Shown: piece by piece, positions 1-10,587 of the stretch
Layout of the letters: the number at the start of each line of letters is the position of its first letter
Position numbering within the stretch: position 1 is the stretch's first letter
The notes under the pieces: model-generated
What the model was told of the DNA's origin: nothing
The model's input: only the letters and a program-made list of their open reading frames with translations
The model's database searches: none
Program-made: the position numbers and the translations under genes
DNA from: Balanoglossus misakiensis
Lineage: Eukaryota > Animalia > Hemichordata
Reading direction: 5' to 3'
Assembly (NCBI GenBank): GCA_040954595.2
Contig: CM082598.2
Span: 9,997,097-10,061,096 of the forward strand
DNA: 64,000 bases

Positions 1-529
1 GCTTTATATAAAATTTAAACACTCAAACTTATAATGTCGGGTGCGATCTTTTCATTGCTAACTTGAACTTTAGCAGAAAATTCTACGAAAATGGAGTAGA
101 TAGGTGAATAAATATCTTCGGGGAGGCCAAAACGGGAGTGACCCCCCGAAAAAAAAATGATGGAGGGGCCCTAAAAATTGCACCCCATTATTTTCGGGTA
201 GTTGGGTCCCCATAGAAGCCAAAACAGCAAAAAAATCAATTTTAGAACAAAAATCCTACGGGAATACACATCATACCACACTATACCCGTTTTACAGTTG
301 TTACGGTAGAAAAAAACCGGGAGCACACAATGGAGTTTGTAGTTCAACAACACAATGTTTAATTGAAAAATTAACTTTCTAAAATCAAAAGGTCGCACAG
401 AAAAAAAATGTTCTATGTGTTTTACGTACCCTGCTTGGTCGAGGAGTTACTGAGTCCACAAAAGTCCTGGCCGAACTCAAGCCTCACCAAGGCCGAAGTC
501 CATTGCTGACAAAGTCCAACATTCACGGA

Positions 530-806
530 AGCCAGTTGCTCACAGAAGTCAGTTGCTCACAGTAGTCCGTTGCTCACATGAAGTCCGTTGCTCACAGAAA
601 GTCTGTTGCTCACAAAAGTCAGTTGCTCACAGAAGTCAGTTGCTCACAGTAGTCCGTTGCTCACACGAAGTCCGTTGCTCACAGAAAGTCCGTTGCTCAC
701 AGAAAGTCAGTTGCTCACAGAAGTCAGTTGCTCACACAAAGTCCGTTGCTCACAGAAGTCAGTTGCTCACAGTAGTCCGTTGCTCACACAAAGTCTGTTG
801 CTGACA
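530..806. repeat. Minisatellite of ~17-19 bp units (consensus ~GAAGTC(A/C)GTTGCTCACA)
   Basis: About 15 tandem imperfect copies of the GTTGCTCACA core are visible. The overlapping repetitive ORFs 553-804 and 588-827 are a by-product. Confidence 0.9.
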
Positions 807-1388
807 GAGTCCAGCCCAGCTAGGTAAATTCCTAATTCCCAAGGCGATGTGGAGCTGGAGTGACATGCTCCTCCGAGTGAGTCAGTGTTGAGAAGTGTGC
901 CTCGTGGTTTTTGTGAGAAGGCCTTTTATATGGGTGACCATCTGGTTATTACTAATATTTAAATGAACTAGTTGAAAAGGCAGGGCCCTTTGTTATAAAT
1001 GCAAAGAAAAGCTACCCCTCTCTCGACTAAGCAACTAAACAGGGTGTGTCATAACACAGTATTATTTATTGCTGTATCTTTGAAATTGAAAGTATTGAAT
1101 TTCATTTTATTGTCTTTTGAAAATCCTGGAAAAGATATTTTTTTCTGAAAATGTCCACAAAATTTCCAAATGATAACCAGTGCTATGAGCCTATGATTAA
1201 GCGATTACCCCTGCCACAGGCGGGTATACACAAGATTTGGGTACAATTCGAGACATGTAGCACGAGTCATTAGGCGAGTGCTATTTGGAGCGAATTACAC
1301 GCCTGCACCATCTTGAGTAAGTCGGCTGACATACTGACTGATCCTTAGAGTGTGAAAAGTTGAAACTGTGTTACAAACTGTTTGAAGC

Positions 1389-1540
1389 AAAACATGTTAT
1401 TTTCGCGATATCAAAAGAGGCAACTGTTTTGCGAGTATTAATTTTCGCATTCTCTTATGAAAAGAACAATTCACGTTATTTTGGCTCTCGCGTATTCCGC
1501 GAAAAATTTATTGCTCGCGAAAATAACATGTTTCACAGTA
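1389..1540. mobile_element. Short non-autonomous TIR element (MITE, ...ACAGTA end type)
   Basis: AAACATGTTATTTTCGCGA (~1390) is the inverted complement of TCGCGAAAATAACATGTTT (~1516-1533), followed by CACAGTA. The left extremity is decayed. Confidence 0.55.
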
Positions 1541-1608
1541 TTTTTGTCCAAGTACTACTCCCAATTCTGATGTATTGATTTGTGTTGTAATGACTTTCTG
1601 CACATCAG

Positions 1609-1759
1609 GTATATTTCATTGAAGTGACTCTAGAAAGTGGGAAGTCATACCTGATTGTAAGACGACATAGTCATTTTAACACTCTACAAGAACGATTAGA
1701 TGACAGATTCCCCAATGAAGCCGGTTATGCAGGACCAAGGAAATTACCAACCTTACCAG
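1609..1759 (+). pseudogene. PX-domain exon of a p40phox/NCF4-like (PX-SH3) gene
   Basis: catcag|...|gtaaaa splice sites. Translates VYFIEVTLESGKSYLIVRRHSHFNTLQERLDDRFPNEAGYAGPRKLPTLP, with the PX RR(Y/H)xxFxxLxxxL and LPxLP motifs. Resembles p40phox [32 protein letters not shown]...LPTLP (from memory). Confidence 0.75.
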
Positions 1760-2512
1760 GTAAAAAATTACTCATTCGTGAGAAGAATTCAAGCATTGTT
1801 AAAGGCCCAATAGCTGCCATTTTTGGCATTTTTTTTCAAACTTAGAGTGGTCTACATGTATTTAAATGGACTTACTGATGGGTATACACCAACATGTAAT
1901 CAACCTCTGATTGTGGCTGCATATTTAAATATGATCAAGTTCAGTAATAAATGGGTGCCACACCCATTTACATGTATTCAGTTGCCCATTACAAGAGTAT
2001 TATACAACTGTCATTGTATTATTTTGTGAAGTTGTAGATCGCTTGGAGTAGAGTGCTTAATACGTGATTGAGCCGAATATAGTAAACTCTGTACATGTCC
2101 GGGGTACATACTATGTGCAGCTATCATTGTTTGTACACATGATGTTAGAATCTTCACAAATTCAAAACAGTGTCATTTGTCAACTAAGGATATTAAGGAG
2201 AAGATTCAAGTGTTTCATTAATTACAAAATATGCTACCAGTGACAGCTATTGGGGCTATAATGAAAGTTGTACTGATTGTAAGACTGAAGCTCATAATCA
2301 TGACAGCTTTTAACCTCTACCACCCAAAATGATACAATTATGAGTATAAGTGGAGTATTTATAGTTTATTCCCAAAAAATAATGACTAACTAAATTGTGA
2401 CTGTGTTTTATTTATTGTGTGTGCAGCATTCAAAATGTATTGGTTTTGTTATTCATAAAAGCTGTAGCAGATTGATATGTGTAACTACTTGAAGAACTCT
2501 GACAGAACTTAA

Positions 2513-2858
2513 AGGGACAAAGTCTCTCTCTCTCGCTGCCCGATTTCCATTAATTATGTTTGATACAAGACACTTTTTGTGTTATTCTACATGTGGATGT
2601 ATAGTGACGTTCGACCACACACAACTTCAATCCTGTTTGTAGGATATGAGAGTGAAAACTCGCCAAAATGAATAAATGGTAAACACCGATTATTCATTTT
2701 GGTGAGTTTTTCACTCTCGTGTCTGCAAGTGGGATGGAAGTTGTGTGTGGTCGAATATTGATTCACTATATATCCACGTGTAGAATGACATAAACGGTGT
2801 CTTGTATGAAACATAAATAATGGAAAAAGGGCAGCAAGAGAGAGAGGCTTTTGTCCCT
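2513..2858. mobile_element. Kolobok-type MITE (TTAA TSD, AGGGACAAA TIR)
   Basis: ttaa|AGGGACAAAG...TTTTGTCCCT|ttaa. TTAA duplication with purine-purine ends is the Kolobok signature. Same family at 15753 and 25364. Confidence 0.8.
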
Positions 2859-2932
2859 TTAAGTCAGTAGCAGCATGGCAGCACTGGATACAGTTCATTG
2901 CAATTCAACTTCTCAATTTCTTCTCCCTTCAG

Positions 2933-3040
2933 AAACTGGTAGGTCTCGACCCAAGGATTTCCCAGCATGATATAGTGTCATGGATTTCCTTTGTCAGACG
3001 CCAGGAGACATCGACACACCAGTCATCAAAGCTCCCAACG
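2933..3040 (+). pseudogene. PX-domain C-terminal exon (frameshifted) of the NCF4-like gene
   Basis: ttctcccttcag|AAACTG...AACG|gtaaaa. Reads KLVGLDPRISQHDIV, then after a frameshift MDFLCQTPGDIDTP, matching the PX C-terminal LxxLPxxI...V..F consensus. Confidence 0.6.
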
Positions 3041-3382
3041 GTAAAATACAGCATGTGACACCATCAGAGAAGGCAAGATGGTTGGCACACCAACAACAGC
3101 AAGACAGCAAAAGCAAAACACAGTGAGTACAGCTTGATTTCATTTGTGCTATTGTTAAGGGGGAAAATTATAAGAAAGCACACACCAGCCAACGGTATCG
3201 TTTCAGTCAGTATATTCTGGAAACCGGGAACTCGTAACGTCAACATGTACACAAGGGAACTCGCCCTAAAACACCACACACAAAAGCAATAATTCCGCCC
3301 GACTCAAGAGGGCGCCTGAACACACGAGGTCAGGGGTCAAGTCCTTTCAACAAGTCCAATGTTTATAATCGTACCCTTATCA

Positions 3383-3394
3383 CTCCTCCGTCCT
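3383..3394 (-). promoter_or_regulatory. Polypurine tract (PPT) candidate
   Basis: The - strand reads AGGACGGAGGAG immediately followed by TGATAAGG (LTR-like start), ~130 nt downstream of the integrase stop. Confidence 0.55.
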
Positions 3395-3520
3395 AAACTA
3401 CGGCAATTCAAAACATTGAAACAGCATGCAATTGAATGTTTGTGCTAATCACTAAAAGTTTATCAGTTGTAACAAGTGTCATTTGAGAAAGTATCATGCA
3501 CAACATGGTCCAACAACAAT

Positions 3521-4906
3521 TCAGTCACTGTCTTCGCTCATACAATAATCCTGGTGCCACTGGGGTGTACGACGCATCCGTTGTGGTCTTTGTACTTCTG
3601 CATCTCCCAACTGCTCCAGTGGATGTCCATCATCAGAGTGTATATTTGCACCGTCCAGACAATCGACTTCACTATCAGACTCTGAGTACGGCAAACATAC
3701 GGGTGTTTCTGGCTCCTCCTCTGAATTCTCAGTTTCATCACTTGTCTCGGAACTGCTATAACACTGGGAGAGGTGAGGCGGCCTTTCCTGGTGTCTTTTC
3801 AACCGCCTATGGTTCACTATTTTGAATTTTCCGTGAACACCGATTGGTCGTAATTGGTAGGTTGTTTGTCCAGTACGACTGTTGACAATATAGGGTCCTT
3901 GCCAACGTTCTCCAACTAGTTTCTTAGAGAGTCCCTTTCTTCTCTTCGGATTGAATATCCACACTTTCTCCCCCACCGAAAATGGCCTGAAATGTACTTG
4001 TGGTTCCTGGCGCTTGTGTCGAGTCTCATGTTCGGCCAGTATTCTTCTCCTCCCCGCTTCATGAATCCTCTTGAGATTGTCCAACCGTTTCGAGTAATCT
4101 TCCACACCTCTCCTCCCTCTATGCGCAGATGTCGCTGGGAATAAGAAATCTGCCTTGTTGCGAGCTTCATATCCAAACAGCATGTAGTATGGCATTTCCT
4201 GTGTAACACTACTCTCAACTGTTCTGATAGCAGACAGCGCAGTTGGGAGTTTGTCATCCCAGTCTGTCTGATCAGCCGCTTCGATCATCATAGACAGACG
4301 TTCTGCAGTCGTCTTGTTCATCCGTTCAACTTGGCCATTGCCGCGTGGATTGTATGGTGAACTGCGCGTGCGTTGAATACCCAGCCGTTGACACAACTCC
4401 TTCAAGACACAAGCTTCAAAGTTTTTCCCTTGGTCTGAATGTAACCCTTCAGGTATTCCATATCGACAAACAATCTCATCATATATTACGGCCGCTGTTG
4501 TTTTGGCCGTCTCATCAGGCACTGCGAATGCTTCTACCCATTTACTGATTGGGTCTGTTAGCGAAAAGATGTATCTGTTTCCACGTGGTGTCTTAGGTAA
4601 AGATCCTGCAAAATCCATGTGCCACCACTGAAGGGGTCGATCAGGAATTGGTAAATCACCTTCAGGTGGGCGGTCAGGTATAGTTGGAGTTTTGCGCTGT
4701 AAGCATGACTGACATGAGCGACACCACAAATTGACATCTCTTTTCCAGTGAAACCAGAAATACCTTGAACCGACGGCTGATTTTGTTTTAGCTGGTCCGA
4801 AGTGTCCAAGTTCGTCATGAAGTGCTGTGAGTACACGCTCTACTTCTGTCTGTGGAATAACAACTTGTTCTACTGGCATGTCCCCCTTCTTTGTCTTGAG
4901 AACCAA
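3521..4906 (-). CDS. pol: Gypsy pol, integrase portion (HHCC zinc finger, DDE core, GPY/F motif)
   Basis: LHDELGHFG...CRSCQSC; WHMDFAG, LHSDQGKNFE, GQVERMN; RWQGPYIV. Same frame as the upstream RT/RH ORF, separated only by a TAG at 4907-4909. Confidence 0.95.
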   Translation of the reverse strand: MVLKTKKGDMPVEQVVIPQTEVERVLTALHDELGHFGPAKTKSAVGSRYFWFHWKRDVNLWCRSCQSCLQRKTPTIPDRPPEGDLPIPDRPLQWWHMDFAGSLPKTPRGNRYIFSLTDPISKWVEAFAVPDETAKTTAAVIYDEIVCRYGIPEGLHSDQGKNFEACVLKELCQRLGIQRTRSSPYNPRGNGQVERMNKTTAERLSMMIEAADQTDWDDKLPTALSAIRTVESSVTQEMPYYMLFGYEARNKADFLFPATSAHRGRRGVEDYSKRLDNLKRIHEAGRRRILAEHETRHKRQEPQVHFRPFSVGEKVWIFNPKRRKGLSKKLVGERWQGPYIVNSRTGQTTYQLRPIGVHGKFKIVNHRRLKRHQERPPHLSQCYSSSETSDETENSEEEPETPVCLPYSESDSEVDCLDGANIHSDDGHPLEQLGDAEVQRPQRMRRTPQWHQDYCMSEDSD

Positions 4907-7147
4907 CTAATCGTCACGGAAGTCCAACATTTTCCCATCTTTGACAAGGAAACTGTTGACATGGTTTGGAATATTTCTGGGTTTTGTGCCATCCTTTACC
5001 CAACGACGCATTATGCCAACATGTTGATCATTTTGCTGTAGTCTGACTAGTTCGTCTATCGTCCAAATGCCAGCCAAAGTAACTGCATGAACCTGTGGTG
5101 CTCTTGACAATGCATCAGCCACAGTCATCAACTTCCCTGGCCTGTGTGAAATTGTGAAGTCGTAGTTGTCTAGTGTTACCCGCCAACGTGCTAGCTTTCC
5201 TTTAGGTTGCTTCAGTTGCCGTAGGTACGTCAGGGGTTTGTGATCCGTTATCACAGTAAAAGGTCTCCCTTCCAAGTACATGCCAAATTTCTCCAGGGCC
5301 CATACAACACCAAGGCATTCTTTCTCTGTTGCTGAGTAGTTCTTTTCTGCCTTGTTCAACGCTCTAGACGCATATTCTATGACATGGCCACTTTGGCAAA
5401 GGAGTGCACCCAAACCGATATCACTGGCGTCAGTCTCAACGACAAAGTCTTCTGTGAAACATGGATATACCAACACAGGGTATGACATCAGCTTTTCTCT
5501 CAGTTGATCAAATGCATTCTGACAAGCATTGGTCCAGTTATAACCTACATTTTTCTGGGTGAGTTCATGTAGGGGATGAGCTATGTCTGCAAATTTGTTG
5601 ATGAAACGTCGATAATACGACGCCATACCTAAGAAGCGACGCAACTCGGCAACAGACTGTGGTCTTGGGTAATTTGAAATCGCAGATACTTTGTCTGGGT
5701 CCGGTTGTATGCCCTCTTCGCCAACAATATAGCCTAGGTACTTCACCTGCTTCCGAGCAAAAACACACTTCTCCACATTCAATTTCAAGCAAGCTGCACG
5801 AAGCTTTCCAAACACTATTCGCAGGTGCTCCAGGTGCTCATCAAAACTGCTCGAAAATACAATGACATCATCAAGGTAGATTAACACTATCTCCCAGTTC
5901 AGTTCGCTAAAAACTGATGTCATAAGTCTCTGAAAAGTTGCAGGGGCTCCCTTGAGCCCAAAGGGCATGGTGTTGAACTCAAACAAGCCTCTGTGACAGG
6001 CAAATGCTGTTTTGTGGCGGTCCGATTCCTTCACAGGTAACTGCCAATACCCCTTCGCTAAATCAAGTGTGGTGAATATCTTTGCCCCGCCAAGTGCTGC
6101 TAGACTGTCATCAATTCGTGGAATCGGAAATGAATCGCCAACAGTTACTTCATTTAACTGTCGAAAATCAACACAGAAGCGTGTTGAGCCATTCTGCTTC
6201 TTCACAAGTGCCAAAGGGCTCGACCATGGGCTATGGCTCGGTCTGATCACATTTGCCTTCAGACCATCTTGTATGAAGTTCTCCACCTCATGCAGTTTGT
6301 TGAAGGGCACACGTCGTGGCGGTTGAGCAGTAGGAGCTGCCTGGCCTGTAGGAATTTCATGTTCTATCTTATCGGTCAACCCCAGTTCTCCTTCGACTGA
6401 AAACACATCACTATTTGATTGAATCAGTTTATACAATCGGTGTGTTTCACTCCCTGTAATGTCAGCTTCGCTAGCAAAAGAACGTGCCATTTTATCCACT
6501 TTTGCTGCTCTCTGTGCTTTTGTAGTCTTTGAAGTCACAGCCTGAACTGCTGGTGTATCGCAAATGTTTGTGGAAAATGTACCAATAGTGGATCCTGCAG
6601 CAATTTCACAAGTAGTATTGGATGGGTTGGTCATGTGCATTAGGACTTTGCTTCCGGTACGTATTACATCTAACACTCGTCCACAACCAATGCCCATACG
6701 TTCACTTCCTTCGGATCCTGCTGATTCAACAATACCAACTGTCCCTGGACTCAAGTTATACTCCACTGTGCCTTCAATCACACACATACGCCGCGGCAAA
6801 ACAGTGATTGGCTCTTTGGCTTGGATGCGACAGATTGTTGGCTGTTGTGGACGCATGTCCGTTTTACATTCATTATGCCTTGATCTGCCCAGTCTCTGTG
6901 ATTTCTCGCCATGTGACAGCGAACTGGAATCGTAGTAAACATCAGTCCCAATTGACAAATGGATTGGCAATGAAGGGAAAATATCCATGCCAATGATGGC
7001 TGGGTATGTTGAATGTTTGACTACGGTAAATCGGTGCTGGCTGACTTTATGTTTACTGACGTGGCAGTCTGTCACAATATCACATACAGTTCCAAGGCTG
7101 CTCCCATTCGCTCCTTGGGGGTTGTAAAGTGGGGGTAAAAGAGTTCC
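4907..7147 (-). CDS. pol: Gypsy pol, RT + RNase H portion (preceded by protease C-terminal half and a dUTPase-like spacer)
   Basis: RFCVDFRQLN, LDLAKGYWQ, MPFGLKGAPATFQ, YLDD, VKYLG; RNase H ETDASDIGLG, YSATEKE, TDHKPL, ADALSR. In frame with the protease ORF across a TAA at 7148-7150. Confidence 0.95.
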   Translation of the reverse strand, partial: GTLLPPLYNPQGANGSSLGTVCDIVTDCHVSKHKVSQHRFTVVKHSTYPAIIGMDIFPSLPIHLSIGTDVYYDSSSLSHGEKSQRLGRSRHNECKTDMRPQQPTICRIQAKEPITVLPRRMCVIEGTVEYNLSPGTVGIVESAGSEGSERMGIGCGRVLDVIRTGSKVLMHMTNPSNTTCEIAAGSTIGTFSTNICDTPAVQAVTSKTTKAQRAAKVDKMARSFASEADITGSETHRLYKLIQSNSDVFSVEGELGLTDKIEHEIPTGQAAPTAQPPRRVPFNKLHEVENFIQDGLKANVIRPSHSPWSSPLALVKKQNGSTRFCVDFRQLNEVTVGDSFPIPRIDDSLAALGGAKIFTTLDLAKGYWQLPVKESDRHKTAFACHRGLFEFNTMPFGLKGAPATFQRLMTSVFSELNWEIVLIYLDDVIVFSSSFDEHLEHLRIVFGKLRAACLKLNVEKCVFARKQVKYLGYIVGEEGIQPDPDKVSAISNYPRPQSVAELRRFLGMASYYRRFINKFADIAHPLHELTQKNVGYNWTNACQNAFDQLREKLMSYPVLVYPCFTEDFVVETDASDIGLGALLCQSGHVIEYASRALNKAEKNYSATEKECLGVVWALEKFGMYLEGRPFTVITDHKPLTYLRQLKQPKGKLARWRVTLDNYDFTISHRPGKLMTVADALSRAPQVHAVTLAGIWTIDELVRLQQNDQHVGIMRRWVKDGTKPRNIPNHVNSFLVKDGKMLDFRDD

Positions 7148-7357
7148 TTAGGCTCCTTCAATCAATGTATCAACAACAACACTTATCTGGGCACCAGTGT
7201 CTATCAACCACGTACATTTCTTTCCTCCAATAAATCCTTCAATCTCAATACCATTCGGTAGTGGTCCCGCCAGTGATGCAACAGACACAACAGGTTCGGT
7301 CAGCTGGTTTCTTGCTGAAGGAGACTGACCACCACCTCCAGCCCTTAGAAGTTTCCC
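7148..7357 (-). CDS. pol: Gypsy aspartic protease N-terminal part (start of pol, -1 frame relative to gag)
   Basis: LIDTGAQISVV catalytic motif; ends at a premature TAA. Confidence 0.9.
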   Translation of the reverse strand, partial: GKLLRAGGGGQSPSARNQLTEPVVSVASLAGPLPNGIEIEGFIGGKKCTWLIDTGAQISVVVDTLIEGA

Positions 7358-8211
7358 GGATGTGCTTGCACTGGTGCCGGTGCTGTACATTCAGCAGCAC
7401 GATGGCCAACCCGCTGACATCTGTGACACAGGCCCCGAAACCTGTTCAATGCTCCTACCGGACCTCGCTGACCAGCACGGCAATTCCGGGCAATATGGCC
7501 AGTTTTACCACATGTGTAACAGGTTCGTGGTGTCCTCTGATTATAACCATCTCTGTTCTGTTGCTGTTGTGTTTGTATTGCAGCAACTGTACCTGCCAGC
7601 TTTGCCTGTCCGGTCGCAAGTTCGTCTAACTTTTTGAGCAGTTCATCAGTAACAACAGCATCCTCAGTGTTATTTGCAGCGCCACTTTCTACTATTCTGA
7701 TTGAAGAGGAATCTCTCTCCAACTGTACAGCTCGTTTCACTAAGTCATCTAAAGTCTCCTTTTCAGTTGTTATCCAGGACAGTTTCCTGCTTATGTCACC
7801 ATGTAATGCTGTACGGAAATGAGCAACTGCCAGTGTTAGGCGCGTTGTTTCATCTTTGACCTTGGGATAGACACGCGAAACAAGGTCTATGATGGCAAAT
7901 TTCAACTCTTGTGCTGACTCACCAGCTTTTTGCTTGCGTTCTGCCAGTTCTTGCTGATACTGTGTCGTTGTTTTCATCGACTTGAACCGATCTTTTAGGG
8001 CTTTTGACGCATTTTCAAATGTATTTGTCTGGCTGGCTTGCAGTTGCGTGAAAAAGTTCTTAGGCTCACCCTTCAAAGACAAATGGAGGCTGGCTACTTT
8101 CTTCCGTTCATCTGTAACATCTTTGGCAACAAAGTATGCCTCTACCTGACAAATATGGCTCTCAATCTCCGTACCATCACTCCCATCCCAAGTCATCAAC
8201 GTGGCCGCCAT
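7345..8211 (-). CDS. gag: Gypsy Gag (capsid-like domain + two CCHC zinc knuckles)
   Basis: Intact 288-aa ORF with CYTCGKTGHIARNC, CHRCQRVGHRAAEC and a retrotransposon-gag-like QKAGES motif. Confidence 0.93.
   Translation of the reverse strand: MAATLMTWDGSDGTEIESHICQVEAYFVAKDVTDERKKVASLHLSLKGEPKNFFTQLQASQTNTFENASKALKDRFKSMKTTTQYQQELAERKQKAGESAQELKFAIIDLVSRVYPKVKDETTRLTLAVAHFRTALHGDISRKLSWITTEKETLDDLVKRAVQLERDSSSIRIVESGAANNTEDAVVTDELLKKLDELATGQAKLAGTVAAIQTQQQQNRDGYNQRTPRTCYTCGKTGHIARNCRAGQRGPVGALNRFRGLCHRCQRVGHRAAECTAPAPVQAHPGNF
7351..7357 (-). promoter_or_regulatory. -1 ribosomal frameshift slippery heptamer G GGA AAC at the gag/pol overlap
   Basis: gag ends CCG GGA AAC TTC TAA. The X XXY YYZ motif is in the gag frame and pol is in the -1 frame. 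Confidence 0.8.
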
Positions 8212-8318
8212 TTTGTGTTGAATGCTACACTTCTTCTGAACCGCGGGTAATGTCGATCAGTCTGGTACAGTCCCAACAAAGAAGTAACGGCCCTTCCACA
8301 TGTTCCAGTCACAGCACG

Positions 8319-8336
8319 ATCCCACCGCTGCCACCA
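8319..8336 (-). promoter_or_regulatory. Primer-binding site (tRNA-Leu type)
   Basis: The - strand reads ...ACA T TGGTGGCAGCGGTGGGAT, complementary to the 3' end ATCCCACCGCTGCCACCA typical of metazoan tRNA-Leu. It directly follows the LTR-end ACA. Confidence 0.85.
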
Positions 8337-9652
8337 ATGTTAAGGCTCACAGGTGTCATACGGTGTTTTCGTGCTTTTCTGTGTAATACCACAATGGGAA
8401 AAAGAGTTGTTTGCCGTAGTTGCAGCAACACATTACCTAGACGGGAGTCACCCGTGTGAGTTCCACAAAAATGAATGAAAGTCTATGCCACGATCATCAA
8501 CATCGTACGGTGGATATGAAGCCGGTGCGGCGCCGGTGACGGCCGCGGCCGTAACTGTCAATGCATGACCGTTGAACGATAATCGGCCAGGTTCGAATCA
8601 CGAGAAGACAATCCCCACCCATACAGGAAAATAGAAGCCTGTCAGCAGGAGAGGTCGACCAACAGATCGTTTATACCCGGTATTGGTGTTCATACAATGT
8701 TCCAGCGACCGCGATTTACACAGTACTGTAGACAAGTAGTAGTAGGTGAACTGGCAGGATGCGTAAACACAATTTTGCGTTGGCCGACATCATGTTGAGA
8801 TTGTTTATTATTATTCACGCTTCCGCCTGGCTAACTGGTACACAGTGACCGCAAACTACGATAATTAAGGTTGACAGCAATCGATGTAAAAACTTGAACG
8901 TTCAAAATATTACCGTTACTATTTCACGTTTCTTTTTCAGTCGTATCTTTGTATGGCTTCGGCTGAACGGTCGCCATCTTTCTTTTCTAATTTCTTTGTT
9001 TACAAGTTTTACGTCGCACTATGTCCAACTCATCGGCTCCAAAACACACTGTACAAATTTTGAAACAAAATGTGTTGAATAAATTTTGCCTCGTGTGAGT
9101 GAAAACCATTTCCAAACTTGGATATTCGTGTGTATCAATGAAAATGTTTCATGCTTTGTGAGCGTGAGTGGGTCGGCCTGGCATGATCGCCTGTTGCTGT
9201 TGGTTGTATGGTTTCATTTTGTTATAATGCAGTATGAAGCATGTCAAGGAACTTCCATGATTACAGCGACAAGTCATAAATGTTTCTGTTTGTCATCACC
9301 AAAAAGGCATAGCTTACATGTAATTCAAAAGACAGAATTTTAGTGCTGGTAGTAAATATACATCGCGGCGCGATATGTGTCATCGCTGCCGATCGGTGCT
9401 GATGGAGTTCCCTTGGCCTTGTACAATAACACACGCGTATTTTGTCTGTTGAGGCAGTCATCGAAAATCGCCAAAAGACCACGATCAGTTATCAATAAGT
9501 TGACATTGTCCAAGATAAGTAGATTTAGACCCAACACTCTAGACCTAAACCTCTGGGCAATATTCCACGGTTTAATCGAGGCAGCAATCATAGTATGTGT
9601 AAGCCGCTGCCATTGGTTGTGTACTGCTTGCAATGCGTAGCCGTAGCCTAAC

Positions 9653-10577
9653 TAGTCTCGGTTACCCAGACGCCTTTGCTTCTTCCGATGCTCTCCAGAA
9701 AAGGGTCTGGGGAAATGCTATTGAAAGCTTTGTAAAACAAAATGGCCGATGTCAGGATTTTGATCATCGCCTGATTGGCTGAGCTGTCAGTATGACCCGG
9801 GTCACTGACTCTCGACCATGTGTGATTATTTGTCGTATCTTCATATCAAGAGACCGGTACTTGTTGGTTCATGCGAAAGGCAAAAGGCGTCCTCTGTTAG
9901 CATTGTTGGAGAAATTATATGAAATATCTTTGGTAGACGATTGTCGAAACTATTGCAGTGACCCGGGTCATACTGACAGCTCAGCCAATCAGGCGATGAT
10001 CAAAATCCTGACATCGGCCATTTTGTTTTACAAAGCTTTCAATAGTCTCGGTTACCCAGACGCCTTTGCTTCTTCCGATGCTCTCCAGAAAAGGGTCTGG
10101 GGAAATGCTATTGAAAGCTTTGTAATACAAAATGGCCGATGTCAGGATTTTGATCATCGCCTGATTGGCTGAGCTGTCAGTATGACCCGGGTCATTGCAA
10201 TAGTTTCGACAATCGTCTACCAAAGATATTTCATATAATTTCTCCAACAATGCTAACAGATGACGCATTTTGCCTTTCGTATCAACCAACAAGTACCGGT
10301 CTCTTGATATGAAGATACGACAAATAATCACACATTGTCGAGAGTCAGTGACCCAGGTCATACTGACAGCTCAGCCAATCAGGCGATGATCAAAATCCTG
10401 ACATCGGCCATTTTGTATTACAAAGCTTTCAATAGCATTTCCCCAGACCCTTTTCTGGAGAGCATCGGAAGAAGCAAAGGCGTCTGGGTAACCGAGACTA
10501 AGCTTTCAATAGCATTTCCCCAGACCCTTTTCTGGAGAGCATCGGAAGAAGCAAAGGCGTCTGGGTAACCGAGACTA
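9653..10577. mobile_element. Long-TIR MITE (TAG...CTA ends, 9-bp TSD TAGCCTAAC; AcademH-like), interrupted by a second copy of itself
   Basis: TSD TAGCCTAAC at 9644-9652 and 10578-10586; ~150-bp TIRs starting TAGTCTCGGTTACCCAGACG. Confidence 0.85.
10043..10500. mobile_element. Second copy of the same long-TIR MITE, inverted, inside the right TIR of the first
   Basis: TSD AGCTTTCAA at 10034-10042 and 10501-10509. The core at 10195-10345 is the reverse complement of 9806-9957. Confidence 0.85.
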
Positions 10578-10587
10578 TAGCCTAACC

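Larger units (their letters stand above)
3054..8876 (-). mobile_element. Ty3/Gypsy LTR retrotransposon (defective), antisense in an intron of the PX-SH3 gene; outer boundaries approximate
   Basis: gag + PR-RT-RH-IN domain order, PBS at 8319-8336 and PPT-like tract at 3383-3394. Outer limits are guessed from TG...CA motifs. Confidence 0.9.

Noticed and set aside
530-806. Short regularly spaced repeats resembling a CRISPR array or a Cys/His-repeat protein
   Set aside because: No unique spacers and a eukaryotic context. It is a plain minisatellite, and the ORFs arise from its periodicity.
8319-8336. tRNA-like 3' sequence
   Set aside because: Only 18 nt; it is the retrotransposon primer-binding site, not a tRNA gene.
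5565-8459. Several + strand and alternate-frame ORFs overlapping gag/pol
   Set aside because: Shadow ORFs of the retrotransposon coding sequence.
9792-10568. 126-aa ORFs on both strands
   Set aside because: Produced by nested inverted MITE copies; no transposase motifs.
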